Assembly (NCBI GenBank): GCA_001662655.1 | Contig: KV460250.1 | Direction: 5' to 3' (one strand) | DNA from: Pseudogymnoascus verrucosus | Lineage: Eukaryota | Length of the DNA stretch: 64,000 nucleotides | Part shown: one piece after another, positions 58,641 to 64,000 of the stretch | Numbering within the stretch: position 1 is the first letter of the stretch | How the letters are laid out: every line of letters begins with the position of its first letter | Notes under the pieces: model-generated | What the model was told of the DNA's origin: nothing | The model's database searches: none | Seen by the model: the letters and a program-made list of their open reading frames with translations, nothing else | Translations under genes and position numbers: made by a program

Positions 58641-61096
58641 ATGTCAGTAGACGCCAACCAAGCTGCTCTTGATGGCACTGAGCACCAGGTATATATATAA
58701 CATTAGCTCTGTCGAATAGACCTAACGTCGCAAACAGACCGTGTATGTTTTTGGACCCTCCAATGGCGCCACCCATGAGCAGCCACGGCCATCAAAGAGG
58801 CGGAAGGTCGCTAAGAAGCCCAAGGAGGGTGAGAAAGGTGGCCCAAAAACCTACTTTCCAACCCTTTTAAATAATACCGAGAGCTCTGAATGTGTCTTAC
58901 TACGACAAAAGCTTTATGAAGATTCGTGGGCCGCCATAGAGTCGCAGATATTGGTTAGCTCGCCCATTCCGTTTATCAGCCTCCTACTTACCATCTGTTT
59001 CCAGTCAATCCTGGGTGAAGCAAATGAAAAGACTCTCTCAGAAATCACTAATTTCCTAAATCTATCTATAACTGCAAAGTAAGAAGATCCTCCGTTGTCT
59101 ACGATGTCGCCGCTAATATTTGTAAAGAAACCTTGAGGGTATCCCAACTGGTTTAATCACCACTGGGCAAAACACGGCTTCTCAAGAACTTTTGTTTAGC
59201 CAGCTCGCAGAGCGTGTTCACAGTGAAACTAACGCTCTCATTGTTACGATTCGACCAGGGGATGCGAGTAATCTCAAAGCTGCCCTCAAGAAGCTAATCC
59301 GTGATGCGACAAATACTGACCACGACGACGAAGATGAACGATCGGCATCTTCAGTCCCAGGTGTAAGTTCACATGATCCATGACAGCGTTATCCGGTGCA
59401 AAAGCTAACAGACTCCAGGGCCATAAATTTTTGAATTATGACTTGCAGTTGCTTCAAAATCATTTGAAGACATCCAAGCATAAACAAGTTGTAGTTGCCT
59501 TTCAAGACAGCGAATCATTTGATAGTACCCTTCTAACAGAGTTGATTGAACTATTCCAGTATGTTATTCCTTCAACCTGCTTAACAGATGTCTAACTATT
59601 TCAGGTCATGGGTGGACCGTATACCCTTCGTGTTACTATTTGGAATAGCAACGTCCATCGAGCTGTTCCATGAAAGACTTCCTCGATCAGCGACATTATG
59701 CCTGCAGGGCGTTCAATTCGATGTTGAGCAGACATCTAAAACCCTCGTAACGATATTTCAGAAGGTCATTGCTAGTCCTGATATACGCCTACGTCTTGGG
59801 GGGGGCTTCATAGCGGCGCTCCTGGAACGCCAACATGATCAAGTGTACAGCTTGCAAACATTCATAGCTGCTTTAAAGGTATGTGTACCATGCTACCGGT
59901 ATATTGATTATTATGGGGCTGACCAGAAACTACAGTATGCATACATGTGCCATTTCTATGCCAACCCATTGAGCATACTTTTGGGCAGTTCAGATGATCT
60001 TGAGTCCACCGTAGTGCCTCTATTTCAACCAGAGCATGCAGAGGCAATGCGTATGCTTCCATCATTCAAAGCGATGGTAGAGCATCACATTGAGGAAGGC
60101 GACATAGATGGCTTGAAGGATTTGATCAATTCGGACGAAGAGTTAGTTCAGCTCGCGGTCAAAACTCTTCAAGAAAAGGATCTCATGATGTTTACCAATC
60201 TGAGGCGGCTCGCATCTCTCCACGCAGTACTATCAATCAGCACAAGCGCCCCCACTGATCCGATAGAACTGTATGTCAAGTTCTTCGCTGACAAATTCCG
60301 CGAGTCGGACTTTATTCAGGATGCAATCAATTCCTGCAAACGGTATGCTCCAGCAGAAGTTATTGCTTTGGCTGGTGTTGTAAAGGGGATCCTTGCGAGG
60401 GATAGTGACACAGGTGAGGCCGAAAGTTATTCAGCCTCTGAGGATGAGTTTCTGGAGGCGATATCTGCCCTTGAGGACGAAACAGTTGCATTGATACAAG
60501 AAGCCGAAGAATCCGGGACGCCTCTCCAAAGCAAATATACCATGCAAAGCCAGACTCTGCGAACAACCGTCGTAGCCCAAAAAGTACAGCTCAGCAAACG
60601 AGAGTTTGTTCTTTCCAAGCAGGACGCTGCATTCACCTCGATCATCGAAAAACTCGCAAGAACCCTAGAGCAGTATTTCAATTTCGACTCCCCGCAAGAC
60701 CTGTTCCTTAACGAAATCTGGATTTACGACTCAAAATCCCCATATCGAGAAGTCTTCACCCCACGGCCACGCCACGCGATCGAGCGAGCGCTGTCGGTTC
60801 CCCATGACTACCTGGGCTGCACGTGTTGCAAGGCCGCTGGTGGCCTGTCTTCCTCACACCCTGCAACGGCTACACTGTACCAGCTTTACCTGGAAACTGG
60901 GGGGCTCATCAACGTCTTTGACTTATGGTCAGCATTCCACACTATAGTGGGTGCCGATGATGACGAAGAACGAGACGAGAGGAGCTGCTTAATGCTGTTT
61001 TACAAGGCGCTGGCAGATCTGAGGCTGTTTGGGATGGTGAAGAATAGCAAGAAGAAGACGGATCATTTGGCGAAATTGTCTTGGAAGGGACTTTGA
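58641..61096 (+). CDS. ORC3: Origin recognition complex subunit 3 (multi-exon)
   Basis: Motifs FQDSESFD, IPFVLLFGIATS, YAYMCHFYANPLS, LYLETGGLINVFDLW; winged-helix-type C-terminus. Confidence 0.94.
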
Positions 61097-61227
61097 TATC
61101 TATTTGTTTAATGAGCCATTTCCTAATCTCTTGCGGTCTTGTATTGTGGACCCCAAGTGTATATCAACATATAACTCCCGCTTTGCATCAAATTATATAC
61201 AAGATGTTCAAAGCACTCTTTCTGAAT

Positions 61228-62703
61228 CTATTCCGTAGACCCTGACTGCTTCGCCACTGTGTTATCTTGGCCGGTGTCTAGCCTCTGGTCAGCACTATCA
61301 TTGCTTTGTCCCTTCTCTAACCGGCGTCGTTTATACGCGTCGCCATCCCACCCATGTTCCAATCCAACCATTTTGCCAGTAATTAAGCCTTTGGTCGTGA
61401 GGACCACATTCACAATCCAAATCATCACAAGAGTGATTGTGAGCGCAGTTGACCATATTGAGAATGCCGGCGAGTCCAACAATTTACCCAGTTGAATGCA
61501 TGCATTTGTATAAACGCCCTAAAACCAATGAGTTAGTAACACTTTGGTATTATTAACGTCTATCAGGAGCTGACTCACCCAAGGGAATACGAGAGACCAA
61601 GCTCCCAGCCCAAAATTCAACCCTCGCCACTCCCCACGCTTGTTGAAGCCCGAGTTCAGGACGCTTATGATGGCGAAAACCCACCAAAACGTGCCCTGGC
61701 CCCAGGCAATCAAACCTGCAAACATGCTCGCAAATCCTATTGGACCTGCCGCATCCATGGTGAGAAATACCCCCCGGTTGTATTTAGCAAAGCTCCCCCT
61801 CGTCACAACCTCGCCCAGGATCTGTAACGCGAAGCTACCTTGGCCCCAAGGCCCGCAGAGGATCATGTCTTGATATATGGTCGTCCCAGCTGGAGATGAT
61901 TGATCGAAGAGGCGGGCCATGAAAATTGTAGCAACGGCAAATGCAATGGGCAGAGCCATTCCAATGAGCAGGTAGGACACAATAATGACAGGGACCTGGA
62001 GTCCTTCGTCTAGCTCACCATAACGGCATACTACACCTCCTCCTGCAGCAGCCGTGAGAGCTGCAATCACTGGAAGGTTTGCCACTGGGGATAGTCCTCG
62101 AACCCCAGGAGCTTCATTTTTCATGAAGAAGTAGTTGATCCCAATGCAAGCAACAACAGCCATAGCTGCGTTGATCCACCAGAGCACAAGGCTCGCCATA
62201 CCCCAGCCCGGCCCCCAGGCGTCAACCAAACTGAGATCTATCATCTGGATGATGCTGGTAAAGGTGATAGAAATACTGGCAAGACATGCTGTCTCCCCTA
62301 TTTCGGTCCTGAGGGTCTCGGCGACGACTTTTGGAAATATGACGATCTTGAGGGCGAATATGGCGAGTAGTAACGTTAGGAAAATTATGGTAAGGAGCCA
62401 GAATATGTAGGAAATTATATTCAGCCCAGTAAATTGGTATTTCAGCTGATGTAAAATGACAGCAATTATACCGGTCCCTTGTGCCACGAGAAACCACTAT
62501 ATTTGTTTTTTGTTAGTAAATGCCTACAAATATTCCTCACAAAGCCCCTTAAGCCCCTTTTGACATATTAAAATAACTTAGAAAGAGAGCCTCTTATCTC
62601 TGCCGTAGAAAATAGATTAATGGAGCCCTACTTGTGTTTTGAAATTCCGAAGTGCGACTGTGACAGGCGTTTCCTGCTTGGTCATGGTCGGAAGCGTTGC
62701 CAT
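61228..62703 (-). CDS. TDT/SLAC1-family anion transporter (Ssu1/Mae1-like; 2 introns)
   Basis: NFKTQ|WFLVAQGTG, about 10 TM segments, GPWGQGSF, WSLVFPW. Confidence 0.9.
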
Positions 62704-63409
62704 GGTCCGCGGAAATACCATATCCCAACTCAACCCTCACTTTTTGCCAGGCGCGGCAAAACCCTCAACGTTATGACTTATGGATAGTGTCTAGGGACAT
62801 CTGATATCAAACTGATGGCGATAAGGTGATCCTATTCTGAAGTTTAATAAAATATAAATGCCATAGAAGACATGTTGCAATGTTGATCAGACCTAGTTTT
62901 TGTTGACAAAGAGCAATCACGGCATGACGTATCCCTGTAGCACCAAAGCCGACCTAGTTATTTTAACCACAGGGACTTTTTATGTACAAGTGTCCGTCTC
63001 GGACATTCCGAGGAGTATATACATAACGCAAGGGGGCGGAAAAATTCATTCTACGGAGAAAAATAATAGTTATACAGCTAAATATGAAAGAATCCAAGGA
63101 CTGCGAGCATTGGAAACACTCGCTGAAATTTTACAGAAAAGAATATTTCATACACAAGAGCTCTTTCAAGTTTTGAAAACCATCGTATTTTTCATATATG
63201 CTAGCCATATCACATCTAGACTTAAGCTGCAGATCAAATACTCCATGATTGCAGTGATCAACGCCAAGGTAATGCAATCGTATTCATTTACGCTCCGCTC
63301 AAAGCCCCGAATTGCACCCGTCTTCAACCCAAAACCGGTGTCTCCCAACACAACCGCCCTGCATCTGCATTCATAATTGTCCATAAAACTCCATGAGAAG
63401 TAAGGGGTA

Positions 63410-64000
63410 TCAAGCTAAGGCTCGGTCAGCATATATACACACAGTTTGCTCGTCCGCACACACATATCACTTCAGGCTAACGCCACCAATGCGTTTCGCT
63501 AGCCTCTCCTCGCTATCGTTTTCAAACGGCGAGGGACGCTTTTGGGGACGCTCACCAGTAGATTGAAGAATAGCCAGCAGTGTAGCCCATCCATCCGTAC
63601 TAAGCAGCTGATACCCATCAGCAAGGTCGTGTTGGGTTGCAACACGGCATAACAGCGCCTCCTCGTCCTGAACGATGTTAGTAATGTTCTCAGCAAAAAA
63701 TCCAATGCATCTGAAGCCCTTACTTTGTTTAAAATGGCCATATTACGCAAGAAACATAGGAGGTGGAAGTCCGAGACGGCCTCGATGCCCGTGTCGGATC
63801 TCTTAAGCTGTCCGTCTGGTCGGAGGCCAATAGCTTGGCTAACCGACTTGTATTCCTGTGACTGCCCAATCGCCTCTCGGTTTTCAACAGGGAAGGCAGA
63901 GGGTGGTGCGGTGAATGCCGGCTTGGGTTCTTGCGGGAAGCCATGGGTCAACGTAACAAGGAGATATTCCACCGGGAAAGACGGCTTGGCATTCTCTTGG
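63410..64000 (-). CDS. NPL4: Npl4 (Cdc48 cofactor), 3' end only
   Basis: [27 protein letters not shown]. Stop at 63410-63412 if the last intron is spliced, or 63467-63469 if retained. Confidence 0.93.

Noticed and set aside
63467..63478. C-terminal SLK on the retained Npl4 isoform as a peroxisomal signal
   Set aside because: PTS1 is SKL-like; SLK does not fit the consensus.

Overview
Eukaryotic, intron-containing DNA from a filamentous ascomycete (GT-AG introns with CTAAC/CTGAC branch sites, dispersed 5S rDNA, Pezizomycotina-type U6). A Leotiomycete such as Pseudogymnoascus is my guess from sequence style only. Left to right: the RIP-like degraded end of a probable hAT transposon; small hypothetical, zinc-finger and secreted-protein genes; an accessory-looking block of about 19 kb (FMN reductase, P450-reductase pseudogene, a Zn2Cys6 + GH32 + two-sugar-transporter cluster, 5S rRNA, esterase fragment, P450, truncated 5S); alternative oxidase; a low-complexity protein; an Env7-like kinase; U6 snRNA; an MFS transporter; an epimerase; an AB-hydrolase-NACHT-WD40 NLR; a fructosamine kinase; and a core block (CLIP-170/Bik1, Nop14, G-patch, PPR, Orc3, TDT channel, Npl4). 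The standout observation is a tRNA-Ile(UAU) gene (50479-50653). It folds into a cloverleaf only after removal of a 60-nt intron in the D-arm carrying spliceosomal signals (GTTAGT...GCTAAC...CAG), in addition to a canonical tRNA intron after position 37. Other highlights are a probable H/ACA snoRNA in the Nop14 intron, a half 5S gene that shares its 3' flank with the full 5S, a recurring CCG-N10-CCG motif in the sugar cluster, AIM motifs upstream of AOX, and a possible alternatively spliced basic tail on Npl4. All gene models and family calls were read by eye; no searches were run.
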